In this document: in pieces, positions 41,543 through 53,960 of the stretch
How positions within the stretch are numbered: position 1 is the first letter of the stretch
Layout of the letters: each line of letters starts with the position of its first letter
Source: Camelus dromedarius
Taxonomy: Eukaryota
Direction of reading: 5' to 3'
Assembly (NCBI RefSeq): GCF_036321535.1
Contig: NC_087436.1
Coordinates: forward strand, 69,876,001 to 69,940,000
Length of the DNA: 64,000 nt
Made by a program: the position numbers and the translations under genes
The notes under the pieces: model-generated
Told to the model about the DNA's origin: nothing
The model's database searches: none
What the model saw: the letters and a program-made list of their open reading frames with translations, nothing else

Positions 41543-43148
41543 CTCTTTCCTTTTTTTCCTCTATACTTAAAAGCTGTACATTTTAAACAGAGACTATTTC
41601 ATCAACCTGGATCCTGGACTGAGAAGACACCTACAACAGAGCTGCAGAACATGCTACCCAAAAGTTGCCAACACATGACATGAGAGAAATACTTTTTTTT
41701 TTTTTTTGGTTATTCATTTAGACTTTTGCTGCTGTTCTTACTGCAGTAAGGCCAATCAGCACAGAGACTGTTACTCTTCCAGTTCTCTAAAATACCCTCT
41801 CTACAGAACTTTGCATTGACAGTGTTTATCCCAAGCACCACCATAGTTCAGGGAAATGTCACAATCCACACTGACAATCCATTAAAACCCAGATTAATCT
41901 ATTCCTTGATTTTATCATCTTGAATGACCTTTATTTCCCATCAGCTACACAAGTAACCTGGACCTTGCTGTCATCACACAGATATACCCCACCTATAAAA
42001 TCTTATATCAAGATACACCTGATCAAAACCTCTTTGATCAAAACTTCCCATACTCCCAGATATTGCACTTAGTTAGTCTCACTACATGAACCCTTTAAAC
42101 TCAATAGGATCTCCATTCCTTGAATATTTAATATCTCCCCAGAGTCCCCCTTCAACTTTTATATCCTTAGATATAAAATCATCAATTTAGATGAGATCAG
42201 GCATTTTCAGGGTGGTATGGCCAATATCTTAAACACTAGCTTGCAAATACCATAAAATTAATTTTTTTTCTAATAGCTCATCAATTTGGTAAAATCTCAA
42301 TCTTTGGTTAATATAAATAATTACTTCCTCTGAATGTATTACAAAATGTACCTAGTGCTGCTGAGAAAAAACATCCAACTTTAGAAAGAGACACCACTCA
42401 AATTCAAGGCCCTCATACTCACAGGGCCCTCAGATCTGCCTGGCAATCCTTCTGTTACCCTGGTTTCCCTGTCCACCTCTCCATTTTGTCCACTACAGAT
42501 ATTATCCATGTAACCAACCTGTTGACTCAAACCCCTCTTAACTGAAGTTGAAACATTTCTGACAATTCCTACTCATTAATTTTATAACAGAAGTTCCATC
42601 TGTTGCTATATATACAGGTTTCCCTAGGAGCCCTGTTCTTGCTATTCACTCTTACTACTGTTATATCTGCCAGCCTAGGTTCAATGTTAACTACATATAT
42701 CCCATTCTCTTCTTCATATTTTTGGCCCATATGTCTCTGTTGTTCTGGAATGGGTTTCCAAGTATCTCCATATACCTTAGTCAAATCCAACCCCTCTGGC
42801 TCAAGTACCAACTTATTCCCGTAATTTTACCTAATTCATAGGCATCATCCTTGACATCACTCTCTTCTTCACCCTCTATATCCAATCTATCAAAAAGACC
42901 TGTTGATCACTTGAAAATCTCTTGATTCTGTTCATTTCACTGCACTCCCATTGCCACTACCCTAACCCCTCTGGATAAATTTAATAGCTTTTTAATAGAT
43001 CTTTCTTCCTCTAGTTTCACCTCCTACAATCCAATCTCTATACAGCTTTAAAGCCTAGAGTAGGCAAAAATCAAAAATACCCTGTAGAGAGCTAAACTTG
43101 AACAAGTCAATTAGGTGATGAAATCAGGAGTTATTCCTTCATCTAGAC

Positions 43149-43346
43149 TAGTGGTTCTCTACCAGGGGTAATTTTCTCCCGACGGCAGAAATTTTCTCCC
43201 AGCAATGTCTGGAACATTTTAGGTCATTACAGCTGGGAGGATGCTGCTGGCATCTAGTGGGTAGAAGCCAGGGATGCACAATATAGTCTCCCATAACAAA
43301 GAATTATCTGTCCCAAAATATTAAGTGTCAAGGTTGTCAAACACTA
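43149..43346 (+). mobile_element. MER20 (hAT-Charlie) DNA transposon
   Basis: AGTGGTTCTC...GCAATGTCTGGA...GGCATCTAGTGGGTAGAAGCCAGGGATGC...AAAGAATTATC...AAGGTTG, resembling the MER20 consensus as I recall it; degenerate terminal inverted repeats. Confidence 0.85.
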
Positions 43347-43413
43347 CAGCAGACTAAGCTCAACTTTAGATTCTTTAAAATTAAAAACTGAGGCACAAAG
43401 TTGGGGACATCAT

Positions 43414-43868
43414 ATGTAGTATTTATTGAATTAATGGCCCCAATTTTTCATACCTCCATTTATACAAGCCTTTTGGGGATCCTCTTACACTGTCTCTGGG
43501 CTTGACCACTAACATATTTTTGCCAGTGGGACAACACTGTATCAGTCAAACTTGAGAAAAGTAGAGATTTGAAAAAAAAACATTTACACATTTCTGGTTT
43601 TCTTATGAACCCCTCACATCACATGAATGCGGCCCTGACTATGTGGAGGGGTATGAAGCTGTTCCAGCCAAGGCCATTTTGGACAAGCCAGCCTCCAGCC
43701 AACACACCAGCTGAACACTCACATAAGCAAGCTCAGCCAAGATCAATCAAGCCTAGCCAGACCAGGATAACTTCCAAGCAAGCATATAGACATAAGAAAT
43801 ATTAAACTGTTGTGTTAAGCCACCAAGTTTTGCAGTGGTTTGTAACACAGAAAAAGCTAATTGATACA
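43414..43868 (+). mobile_element. MLT1-type LTR
   Basis: TG start; 3' end TTGTGTTAAGCCACCAAGTTTTGCAGTGGTTTGTAACACAG...GATACA typical of MLT1. Confidence 0.65.
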
Positions 43869-45999
43869 CCAAGACATCTAAAGATAAATCCATATTGCAG
43901 AGTCCCATTCCTCACAGGTCAAAGCGCTAAACTAGGTCTTGCAGATCTGCCTGGGTTAAGAATCCAGCCTTGTCTGGAATGCTGTTATTCTGGTGATTGA
44001 ATCCATGGTCTGGTCTTCAAATATTTCTGCCTTTCTATCTGCGGGAGATCAAAGTTTCTTTATACATGGAAGGAGAAGCCTGCTGAAATTCACATCTAGC
44101 CTTTAATAGCCTTTCCTGGCCGTTTTCCCAAAACATCAGTTGCTCTCAGTAACAGCTTCCAGTTGAAGTGAAAGAGGTGGTTTTCTTGTCTATTTCCAGC
44201 CCTTGGTTTGGATTCTGTAGGTGCTGTTCTGCTCAAAGTATACATTATAAAACACCAGTGTCAGAATTACCCATGGTTATTTACTAACAATGCAGTTTCT
44301 TGGGTCCCAACCAAAACCTAATAAAATCAGAACCTCAGCCACTTGATCCCTGAATTTTTCGGTATCACCAGCCTCCAGGTGGCTATCTGGCACATCAAAA
44401 TTTAGAACAAACGTGAGAATTTGAAAGGTCCAGGAGATTAATGACAATGCAAATGAAACTGAAGCTGAAGAATGCCCTTGCTGAGAACTTCATCCTTCTG
44501 AGGGTCTAATACAGTGTGTTTGAAAAGGCGCTTTTTTTTTCTTTAATTTGCAAAAGTAAGATATTTAAACTACTATCAGTTAACACTGCCTTCTCTTACT
44601 ATTTCAACTTAACCTTGGGCACATCTCCCATTATAACCAGCAGACTTTGGATGGCTGGTACCATCATGTATTCATAGTCCCCTATAACATGAACTTGGAT
44701 TGGCTGCAGGTATTTTGTAATTATAACTTTGTATACTTTTCCTTATAGTCAGCTCCCCAAATTATATAAGCTTTAGACCCTTCAAACCTAGATCTGCCTG
44801 CAATGGGGCAGGGAGCTTTACAATTTACCTTTCTCATTTTACAAAGAAGAAAATAAAACCATGATAGATTAATGAACTTTCTCCCAAGGCCATACTATTC
44901 ACAGGTAGCAAAGCCAATTCAAGAACTGAGGTTCTTTCGATTTCCATTTTAGAGAACAATGTGTCATTTTCCCCCAAAATACTGGGGCACAATCATTTAA
45001 GACTAACTTTCAGGAAATGATACATATAATCTAAATTGTTTTAAATAGACTATTTTTTAGAGTACTTCATTATTTTTACATAGCAATTCTTATCAAGGAC
45101 TATGAATAATTTTTTTAAGGAAAAAACCTTATCAAAAAAGAGTAATATGGTCTGAACAGTAACTCCACTCCTCAGGTCTTTCTCTGTTTAAAAAACTAGG
45201 ATGTTAATTTTTTTCCTGACAATATCATAGAGTTATTTTGCATGTTAAATGGAGAAATTAGAAAAATATGATATATAAATTAACAAATGCTACATTTATA
45301 ATTTAAATATTTAAGTACTGGATCTAGTTTACAGAGAAAACTTACATACAACCACATTTTTTTAATAAAATGAAATTGTGAGAAAGAAAACATATTTTGG
45401 ATATTAAGTGGAAGCCAGGACTATTGCCTCAGAGAGATCTTGAAAGGGAACTGATTTGTTTGGTTACACAATTGGAGTTACCAATCTAGCAAAATTCTGG
45501 TTGAAGGGCAATTGTATATTTATGGTCACATACTGAAGATATTCAGGTTATACAATGAAGAGTCCTTTCAAGTTTACAATAGAATAATAAATTTCCTCCT
45601 TGACAATAAATGAGAAATTTTCTCATGGTACTAAATAGTAGGAAAGGCACTTTTCTTAAGCATTAACTGTGATTTTGTTTTATGGACATTATGAAGTCTT
45701 TTTATCTGGTTGTATTTTTCTTTTAACTTGGCTACTTGGAAGTTCAAAAAAATTTATAGCCAACTTCTAGAAAGTTTACAGAACTTTCAGGTCTAGATCT
45801 CCTACTAGATCTCCTAGTTTCTATATGGAACGAATCAGAACTATAGCTTTTCTTCAATCTGCAAGCACAGTTATTAATCCCATATCACAGTACTAGACTC
45901 CTTCAGTCCAATAAATTATGTTTCCTCTTGAAGCCCAATAGCTTCACTGACTAAGCTCTCATAACAAATATTTCCTCACAAAATTTTAAAAGCAATGTG

Positions 46000-46177
46000 G
46001 CAGGGGAGAGTATAGCTCAGTCGTAGAGTGCATGCTTGGCATACACAAGGCCCTGGGTTCAATCCCCAGTACCTCCATTAAGATAAATAAATAAATAAAC
46101 CTAATTACCTACCCCCCAAAACAAAAACAAAAAACCCCACAAACAATAAATAAATAAATCATTAAAAATAAAATAAA
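46000..46177 (+). mobile_element. tRNA-derived SINE (Vic-1-like) with TSD
   Basis: A and B boxes, A-rich tail; flanks TAAAAGCAATGTG (45987-45999) and TAAAAGCAATCTG (46178-46190). Confidence 0.88.
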
Positions 46178-46900
46178 TAAAAGCAATCTGTAAATTCAAA
46201 AGCATGATACATATTTAAAGTGTTATTAACCCAGAAGCCAAATCATCTACTTATAAATAACCTAGAAGAAACACATTCATACTCTCTGCATAGATCCAAA
46301 GAAATTGCACAGCAGGGCAGCAGACTTCAAATATGCTGCTGCATGACTGAGTTTAATCCTGCAAATTCTAATTATATGAAAAAAAAAATATTTTCCATCT
46401 GCCACATAAGTCTCTGCACCAACAATATAGTGACTCTACTATCACCTTGAATTATCTGTGACCAGAGACATTAGCTCACTCAGGTACAGTTCTAGAGACT
46501 ATTCATTCATTCAGGATCTTTTAAAGCCAGGAATTAATTAAAGTTTAACTTGAGTGACTGTTTGTTTCTTAACAGACCTGTGCTTCCTTTGGCTTGTGTT
46601 GCTCTAATTCTTTGTTGGTCACAACCCCCTCAGAAGTTGTACTTCTGCTTTTCCTGTGTTCATTCTATGTCCTTCAGTGCCAGTGATCCGTTACGACATA
46701 GATCACACCTGTATTTGAAACACTTGGCTGATATACTGGCATCAAAACAGGAAACGAGACACTCATCTTCTGACAAGCTAAATTATTGTCAAAGAAGAAA
46801 GTGGTTTCTCGAACTCTCCATGTTAACTTAGAAAATAGAACCATCTTCACTGATGGGGCATGTCATTGTTCAGTCACTGACCAGAGCCTAAGATTAGCAA

Positions 46901-47003
46901 ATATATATATATATAAAAAACATATATATATGTTATATATATGTTTTATATATATATATGTTATATATATGTTTTATATATATATATGTTACATATATAT
47001 ATA
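46901..47003. repeat. TA-rich compound microsatellite
   Basis: Direct observation. Confidence 0.85.
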
Positions 47004-48621
47004 CAGTTTATTACACTTGATGATATCATTAGAATTTTTAAAGCAACTGAGTCAAAGCAAATGAAATGAAGTGCAAGAATTTAAAACTAAGATCAACTCT
47101 CAAAATGTGGCTTCTTTTTCCTATACCACCTATGAGTTCTGAAAGATTTTTAACAACAAACATGTGACTATTTTGTAACTTTAACAACTAGCACTATGTC
47201 TCACACCCAGTAGGTATTCAACAAATGGTGAATAAATGAATTAGTTAACAAAAGAATTACAAAACTCCACGGTACCAAAATTATACATGTCCACATTTTT
47301 CAAATGAAGAAATTGAGGCAAATGCAGTAAAACAGCTTGCCTGATATCACCCAGCAAATAAATACTGGTACTGGCCTTTGAAGTAAAATGACCTGACTAT
47401 AAATTCACTTGATTAATCTCTACAGCATACTAAAACATTGAATGTTAGTAAATTTATGAAGGTTATGTAGATTTGGGAAACAACGTGGAATCCTGCTTAA
47501 GTCAGAATTCAGGACTTGAAGTCAGGAGACTTAGGTTCATTAGTGCCCGGGTGTATATAAAGCAGAGGTGATAACAGAACTCATGCCATCCTGCCATGAG
47601 ATTTCTCAACCTAATAATGGCGAGCACCAGCAGACCTTTAGAACGCTCCCTCAGACCACTGTTTCAGTTCTTCATTGATAAAAGGATGCTTCCTTTAAAA
47701 TGTCCATTTAAGAATCTTTTAAATAACTTAAATACCTTGAAACAGTTACAGAGAATTAAAATACAGTTAAGATCGAGAACTGCATGAATCTTCTGACTTT
47801 TCTCCCCCTTCCACCACTAGATTTTTCTTTCTTGCCATTTCAAAAACCTAGATCAAAATCCTAATCCAAGTACTCATTTTTCAAATCCCTCAAAACTTTT
47901 ACTCAACTAAACCAATGGTAAGTAAATGAGAGAAAAAACATATAGGATCAGACATGTAGAAACGCCCAAGCACAAAAGAGTAATACAATTTCATCATCTC
48001 AACTGAAAAAAGAATAGAAACACAAAACACACAAGACAGAGTCTAGTGTTCCAAAGAGTCAAACAATGTATTCGAGATGCTCGGTGTGTAAAATTGGTCA
48101 CAGTGATGTGTGTGGTATTTAGCAATGTCTATTTAATAATGATTTCTCATTTTAATTCTAGATTTTCCCCCCAAATTATCTCTAGATCATGTCAGAGTTT
48201 AATTTTAAAATAATTTGATTTTTTAATTTCCCACATAACATAGTTAAATTTTAGATAAAATAGGAAATACGGTAATAGTAACACGTAACAAAAGATGACC
48301 CATTAAAATTACTTAAAATAGAACACCTTGTACTTTTTCTTTAAACTAAAGAGGCACTATCTTTATTGAGACAAACTCCAGACTATTTTTATTGAGACAA
48401 AAGGACATTGTGATTCATTGTATAAGGTATGTTTCCTCAGGAAACACCAAATACTGAATGGGTCAAAGCTCATCAGAAATGAAAAAAAAAAAATACATGC
48501 AGAAAAAGATTGCCAAATTGGCAACAATGACTTTCCTCCCTTTGTTTAAAGAACATCAACCCAGAAGTTATTTTATCTTCCAGTTGCCTTTTCCTTATTA
48601 TTACTAGAAACCCATTGCATT

Positions 48622-48739
48622 TATATAAAAGCTGAGATTTCTTGTTCTTGTCCTCCATTTGTCACCTTCCAAGAAGTAACTGGCAGGAGTCATTCTGACC
48701 AGCAGAATAATCAGCCCTGAGAAGGCTCCTAATACAACG
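48622..48739 (+). promoter_or_regulatory. TATA box (48622-48630) and non-coding exon 1 (about 48655-48739) of the SMR3/OPRPN-like gene
   Basis: TATATAAAA; the exon contains GGCAGGAGTCATTCTGACCAGCAGA, resembling the SMR3 5'UTR as I recall it; consensus donor ACG|gtaagt. Confidence 0.75.
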
Positions 48740-49992
48740 GTAAGTACATGAAAATATGAACCAAAGAATTTTCATTTCAAAACCTAAATTTTTCTCAGAC
48801 TTTCAAAGATACCAATTTTTATGGACTTTTTCTAGTACATTCACTTTTACCAAAAGAATAATACATGTCTTATATAAAATTTGTTTAGCCATAAAATGCA
48901 TTACATTTTTAGAAATTCTATATGTCAGAAGAAAGTATTTATTTAGAGCACTTAGGACAATTAATTTATCCAATTACACAATCAACTATTCTTTCTGATG
49001 AACCTTAATGGTTTTTGAGCTTCATAGTAACCAGAATACTATCAGATGTACTCTGAGAGAATTGTTCTACAATGCATTTTTATTATTTCTTTGGATTTGT
49101 TTTTCAAAGCTTCTGATAAGAATGTGTCATAGGAAAAGTGATCCTAAAAATATAATCATATGAACATATAATTGAATATTCAGTGAAATTTTGTCCTAAG
49201 ATCATTCTAAGATTCAGACTGACTGTTCAGCCAACATACTCAACCGATAGGCAGAGATGACTGTCAGAAAACTATTCTGCACAAAGGCGCATGGAGTTGC
49301 TTTCCCATAACTCAAGCTAACATGTACTTCAAATATTTTGTCAATTTTGAGCTAATTGAGAATGCGATACTTGGACACCTCTCTTTTCTCAGCCCAGGTC
49401 TTTGACGTACCATATATTAATTTTTAGCAGTTATTCGAGACCACTTATTATGGACTAAAACAACTTAGTAGAATGTTATTAAAACTAGGATTTATATTAT
49501 GTGATAATTTTTCTTTAAATTGTATCTACCAGGATGATTCTTTTTCTTTCTTTCTTTTGAGATATGCCAAGAAATTAAATTTAAAACATATGCTGTAGTT
49601 AAAAATTAATATCTCATATATGTCTGCAGAAGTGTACAAAGTAATGTAACCACTATTTAAAAATATCAAGTTGTTCAAACCCAAATAAGTGTCCATTTCA
49701 AAGTAGTAACTTCTGAAAGCCAAAATCTTAGTCATAAATGCTTCTACTGCATAAATGCTTTCTGAACAGTTTTTTGCCATTTACATGTCAAAAGTTAAAA
49801 TTAATTTCACCATTTATAGTTAAATGTTATAAACCTACCAATATTAATACTGCATCCAAAATAAGATGAGGTAAATTTCTTAAGTATTACTGCACTATAT
49901 CATACAACAAACCATAGGACACTTCCCCAATAATACTATAAAAAAGAAATGCTGATCAGCCATTGTGCTTCCTTTCAGGGGTAACTGTAAGG

Positions 49993-50046
49993 ATGAAACC
50001 ATTGTGCTGGACCTTGGGCCTTTTGGCTCTTGTAATGTGTTTCTCG
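49993..50046 (+). CDS. SMR3/OPRPN(PROL1)-family gene, coding exon 1: signal peptide MKPLCWTLGLLALVMCFS
   Basis: Acceptor cctttcag| at 49978/49979, ATG at 49993, 18 codons, donor TCG|gtaagt; resembles human SMR3A/B MKSLTWILGLWALAACFT. Confidence 0.92.
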
Positions 50047-50355
50047 GTAAGTCTCATTACTCATATCTTCATATATTTCTCAACTATTACTTCAGATTTA
50101 TTTTTCCATCGATGATATAACCCTCTCCTATATATTAGTAGCTATCAATCATTGATGAAACACTGTCTACTGTCTTAATTCACCTACAAATTTTAAACCT
50201 AATTTAATTTAAATAGCAACACATGGCTCACAGCTAGTACTTTGGAAAGTTTAAGTCTGTAATATCAGACTGCTTTACACAGACATGTATAAATGTGGGT
50301 CCCCATACATTAGCAATTTCACAAGTAGGTTATCCTTAGGAGAAAAGGTACTTTT

Positions 50356-50736
50356 TTTAACTTTAATCTATTTATTTTTTAATAAAGAAGCACATTTTAT
50401 TTTATTTTACTTTTGAGGGGGGTAAACACAGTTTATTCTAGGAAGAGCAACTCATTGAGAGATAAAACCATTTTAAAGCTTGCATATATGTACTGTTCAT
50501 TGTTTCTAACAACAGTTTAGAGCTTTAGCTTTTTAAATTTACATAGTTATCAAAGGAATAAAGCCAATCACAAAGTAAGAATCAACAGAATGCAGCAATC
50601 CAATCATAAAGGACAGTCAAATGTGCTTACACATATTCAAGAAATAAATCATCTAAGTTATAATTATAAGTAGTTCATCATCTGTGTCTTTTATTTTTAG
50701 ATTCCACATGTAAGCGATATCATATAGCATTTTTCT
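50356..50736 (-). mobile_element. Chimeric retro-insertion (short L1 3'-region piece, non-L1 sequence, poly(A)) in intron 2
   Basis: Flanks GAGAAAAGGTACTTTT (50340-50355) and GAGAAAGGGTATTTTT (50737-50752); T-rich tail at left; minus-strand AATAAA at 50432-50437; L1-like TTTTAGATTCCACATGTAAGCGATATCATAT at right. Confidence 0.5.
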
Positions 50737-52589
50737 GAGAAAGGGTATTTTTACCTAATTCTTTGTCTCAACAATGAAAATGATGTGAGATATTTTCCCA
50801 CAATAAGGATTTGTTTTCTTGCCAGTTGCAAATCAAGTCCTGAACTCTGCAAACCTTCCTAATTAGCCTTTGCACTGTCAGCCCTTGGGTCAAATGCCCT
50901 CCAAAATCCAATAAACTATCACTAGCTAGAGAGCACAAACATGAGAACTGGTTTCTGGAAATGCCTGGGCATTTTACTGCTTCCTTGGTAATGGCAATAA
51001 AAGAGTTTTAATGGCATGTTGGGAAGAAGCCAGTCTGAAGAGTGAATGGAAGTTAAGAAGTGGAGTTAGCAAACCTAGAATACCTTTTCAGAGAGCTTTG
51101 TATAAAAGAAAGAGGTGAAGAGAGAGTGATAACAACAAGGGAAGGCATGGTTGAAAGTGGACCTTTTTTAAGAAAGTAAATTGAACATAAATGGTAGTTG
51201 TTTCCTGAGGAAAACAAGCCAGGTGAGAAGGCACATCTTGAAGTTCAGAAAGGAAAAGGGAAAACTGACAGAGCCTTAAGAAAACACCTATGAAGGAGAA
51301 GGAGGTATCTAGGTATCAGTGACTATATGATTGTGTGCCTAGCAAATTGGTGGAGTTCATTTCTAATTGTTTGCATTATTTTAGAGAAGTAGGAAGAAAG
51401 TCATGTTGGCCAGGTAGATGAAGGTTGAGGAGAGCTAGAGAACTTTATAAAATTGGCATCAACTTGGAAAACCATCAGCCTCTCAAAAATGAGGTACAGC
51501 CAATCTAAGATTCTTGAATGAATTGTTGGGCAGCCCTGAAGGACCATAACTTTGTGAGATATGCTTGTGAGATAATGGTTGTGAGATCTGCCAGCATTGT
51601 TCAAGAACTTACAAATAGGTATCAATGAGCCAGATGATTCAGAGTCATCATAAAGTTAGAAATTATCAAAGGTGAAGTAACAGAAAAACCAAGAGGAGAT
51701 GGGCCAGAGGACAGCAAGAAGGGATGCAGTTGTGTGCCTGATATGAACCCCTTGTAGAGCAGGACCTGTGCCTTCTTACTCTGGAGCATTCACATATTTT
51801 CCCTCCACTTGGCACGCCCTCTCCCCATTTTATATTATTTAAGCCTCCTTCCAAAGGCTGCTTCCTCAGTGAGATAATCATTAATCTGTATTCTCTTGAA
51901 AATTAATCAATCTAAATCTCTAATGTATGTTTCCTGCACTATCTTTCAGCTATTTTTTCCAAAAGTTGTATTTCCAAAAATTGCAAACTCTATATGAGGT
52001 GTTCACATAACAAACGAGTAGTAGGTAACATTTCTTGAGCACCATACCCGAGCCAAACACCACACAAACACTTGACTGGAAATATTTCACAATGAATCTG
52101 ACAATGATCCCAGGAGGTGATCGTTGACGTTAGGAACGTCATTTTTCAGATAAGGAAAGAGAGTCTCAAAAGGATTCTGCATTGACACAATCTCTAACTC
52201 GCAGAAGCAGAGTTCAGACCCAGGCGGGAAACTCCCTGTGGGCCATTTTTGTACTGCTTTGTATTGTAGCTGCTTGTTGTGTAGACTCACAAAAGGCATG
52301 AGTGTATCCCCACACGTACTGCACAAAGCAGACACTCAATAATGTGTTTCACACTTTATTAGTGTTCAAAACCTGGACTAATCATGAACTCTTGGGTGCG
52401 ATATAAAGAGACATTTTTCCCATTTGGAATTGATTGCAAGGACACATTCTACTGTAAGTGAAGGGCATGGTTTTACCCACAATCTTTCTTTTTCTCCATT
52501 CAATATTATTTCAGCTTTCATTGAGATCCTAAACAATCTCTGGGCAAAAGAGAAACACCACCTTTTCTCTGATAGAGACTTTAGACACA

Positions 52590-53073
52590 TGTAGTAGTTT
52601 TCTATCGCTGCTTAACAAGTTACCACAAATTATGCGTTTTAAAAGTGCATTTATTTTCTTGCCAGTTCTTTGGTCAGACTCTGCCCTTGGCTAGATTCTT
52701 GATCAGGGTTTCAGAAGGCTCAGAAGGCCCAGAAGGTGTTGCCAGGATTAAGTTCCATCCTGGAGCTCAGGGTCCTCTTTCAAGCTTGCATAGTTGTTGG
52801 AGAATTCAGTCTCCTCTTAGTAGGACACTGCTGGCTGTGAACCATGGACCACTCCCAGCTCTCACTGCCCATCTACCATTTACTTCCAAATCATCCTCTC
52901 CTCAACATATCACTTTGCTTCAAAGCCAACAGAAGAGCATTCAAGTGTCTCTGACCTTTTCTGTCTCTGACTTGCAGGACCTGTTTTAAAAGGGATCACC
53001 AAGTAAATCAGGTCAGCATGTGCCAGCAGGAAGCAGGACCTTTGGGAGCCACCTTAGAATTCTGCCTAGCACA
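52590..53073 (-). mobile_element. MLT1 LTR
   Basis: TGTAGTAGTTTTCTATCGCTGC...TTACCACAAATT ... TTAGAATTCTGCCTAGCACA, the reverse complement of MLT1 termini. Confidence 0.7.
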
Positions 53074-53145
53074 TAAAGTATACATTCTTATGCTTGACAC
53101 TGAAATATCTAATTTAAAACTGTTTTCTTCTTTTTGTCCTCATAG

Positions 53146-53862
53146 TCTGGTGAGAGTCAAAGGGGCCACAGGCAACGCAGACCACCGCCACCTGTTCCTC
53201 CTGTCCCAGGACTTGTTCTACCCCCTCCTTTTTTTCCAGGTTTTCCATATCTACCTTTCCAACCGAGACCTTATCCACCTAGACCTCCACTGTTCCCAGG
53301 ATACCCTCCACTTTATCCTCCCTTACATCCACCTATATCCCAAATAAAAACAACTACAACAAAGGACTCCCCTACAACCACACAAGAACCCACCACCACA
53401 AACACAATCGACCCCACCACTGCCGAAACAGGCTCCACCACAAACACAATCGACCCCACTACTGCCGAAACGGACTCCACCACAAACGCAATCGACCCCA
53501 CTACTGCTGAAATGGGCTCCACCACAAACGCAATTGACCCCACTACTGCCAAAACAGACCCCACCACAAACGCAATCGACCCCACTACTGCCGAAACGGA
53601 CTCCACCACAAACGCAATCGACCCCACTACTGCTGAAATGGGCTCCACCACAAACGCAATTGACCCCACTACTGCCAAAACAGACCCCACCACAAACGCA
53701 ATCGACCCCACTACTGCCAAAACAGACCCCACCACAAACGCAATCGACCCCACTACCACCAAAACGGACTCCACCAACCCCACAAGTATATCTTCTACTA
53801 CCCAAAATTCAACGTTTCAGAAATTTTTAGATATATTTCTTTCCTTTTTCAGACAAGGATGA
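53146..53862 (+). CDS. SMR3/OPRPN(PROL1)-family gene, coding exon 2: Pro-rich domain, Thr-rich mucin repeats and hydrophobic C-terminus (whole protein 256 aa)
   Basis: Acceptor tttttgtcctcatag|; open frame SGESQRGHRQRRPPPPVPP...QPRPYPPRPPLFPG...STFQKFLDIFLSFFRQG*, in frame with the listed ORF 53512-53862. GESQRG.R and QPRPYPP.PP.FP are SMR3A-like; the tail is PROL1-like. Confidence 0.92.
   Translation, partial: SGESQRGHRQRRPPPPVPPVPGLVLPPPFFPGFPYLPFQPRPYPPRPPLFPGYPPLYPPLHPPISQIKTTTTKDSPTTTQEPTTTNTIDPTTAETGSTTNTIDPTTAETDSTTNAIDPTTAEMGSTTNAIDPTTAKTDPTTNAIDPTTAETDSTTNAIDPTTAEMGSTTNAIDPTTAKTDPTTNAIDPTTAKTDPTTNAIDPTTTKTDSTNPTSISSTTQNSTFQKFLDIFLSFFRQG
53395..53772 (+). repeat. Coding VNTR: 9 x 42 bp (TTNAIDPTTA[E/K][T/M][D/G][S/P])
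   Basis: Unit starts at 53395, 53437, 53479, 53521, 53563, 53605, 53647, 53689 and 53731. Confidence 0.95.
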
Positions 53863-53954
53863 GATATTCCAAAATCTCTGAGATTTGTGGAGAAAAAAAA
53901 TCTTAGAAAGAAATTGTAAAACAACATACATGAACATTATGCCAACAATGTGAA

Positions 53955-53960
53955 AATAAA
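53955..53960 (+). terminator. Polyadenylation signal of the SMR3/OPRPN-like gene
   Basis: AATAAA about 93 nt after the stop codon. Confidence 0.7.

Noticed and set aside
53395..53772. Regularly spaced repeats resembling a CRISPR array
   Set aside because: Head-to-tail coding VNTR without unique spacers, in mammalian DNA.
53313..53830. ORFs 53313-53783 (-), 53323-53805 (-; Gly/Cys/Val-rich, superficially keratin-associated-like) and 53534-53830 (+)
   Set aside because: Alternative frames of the 42-bp VNTR; only the frame spliced to the signal exon has homology support.
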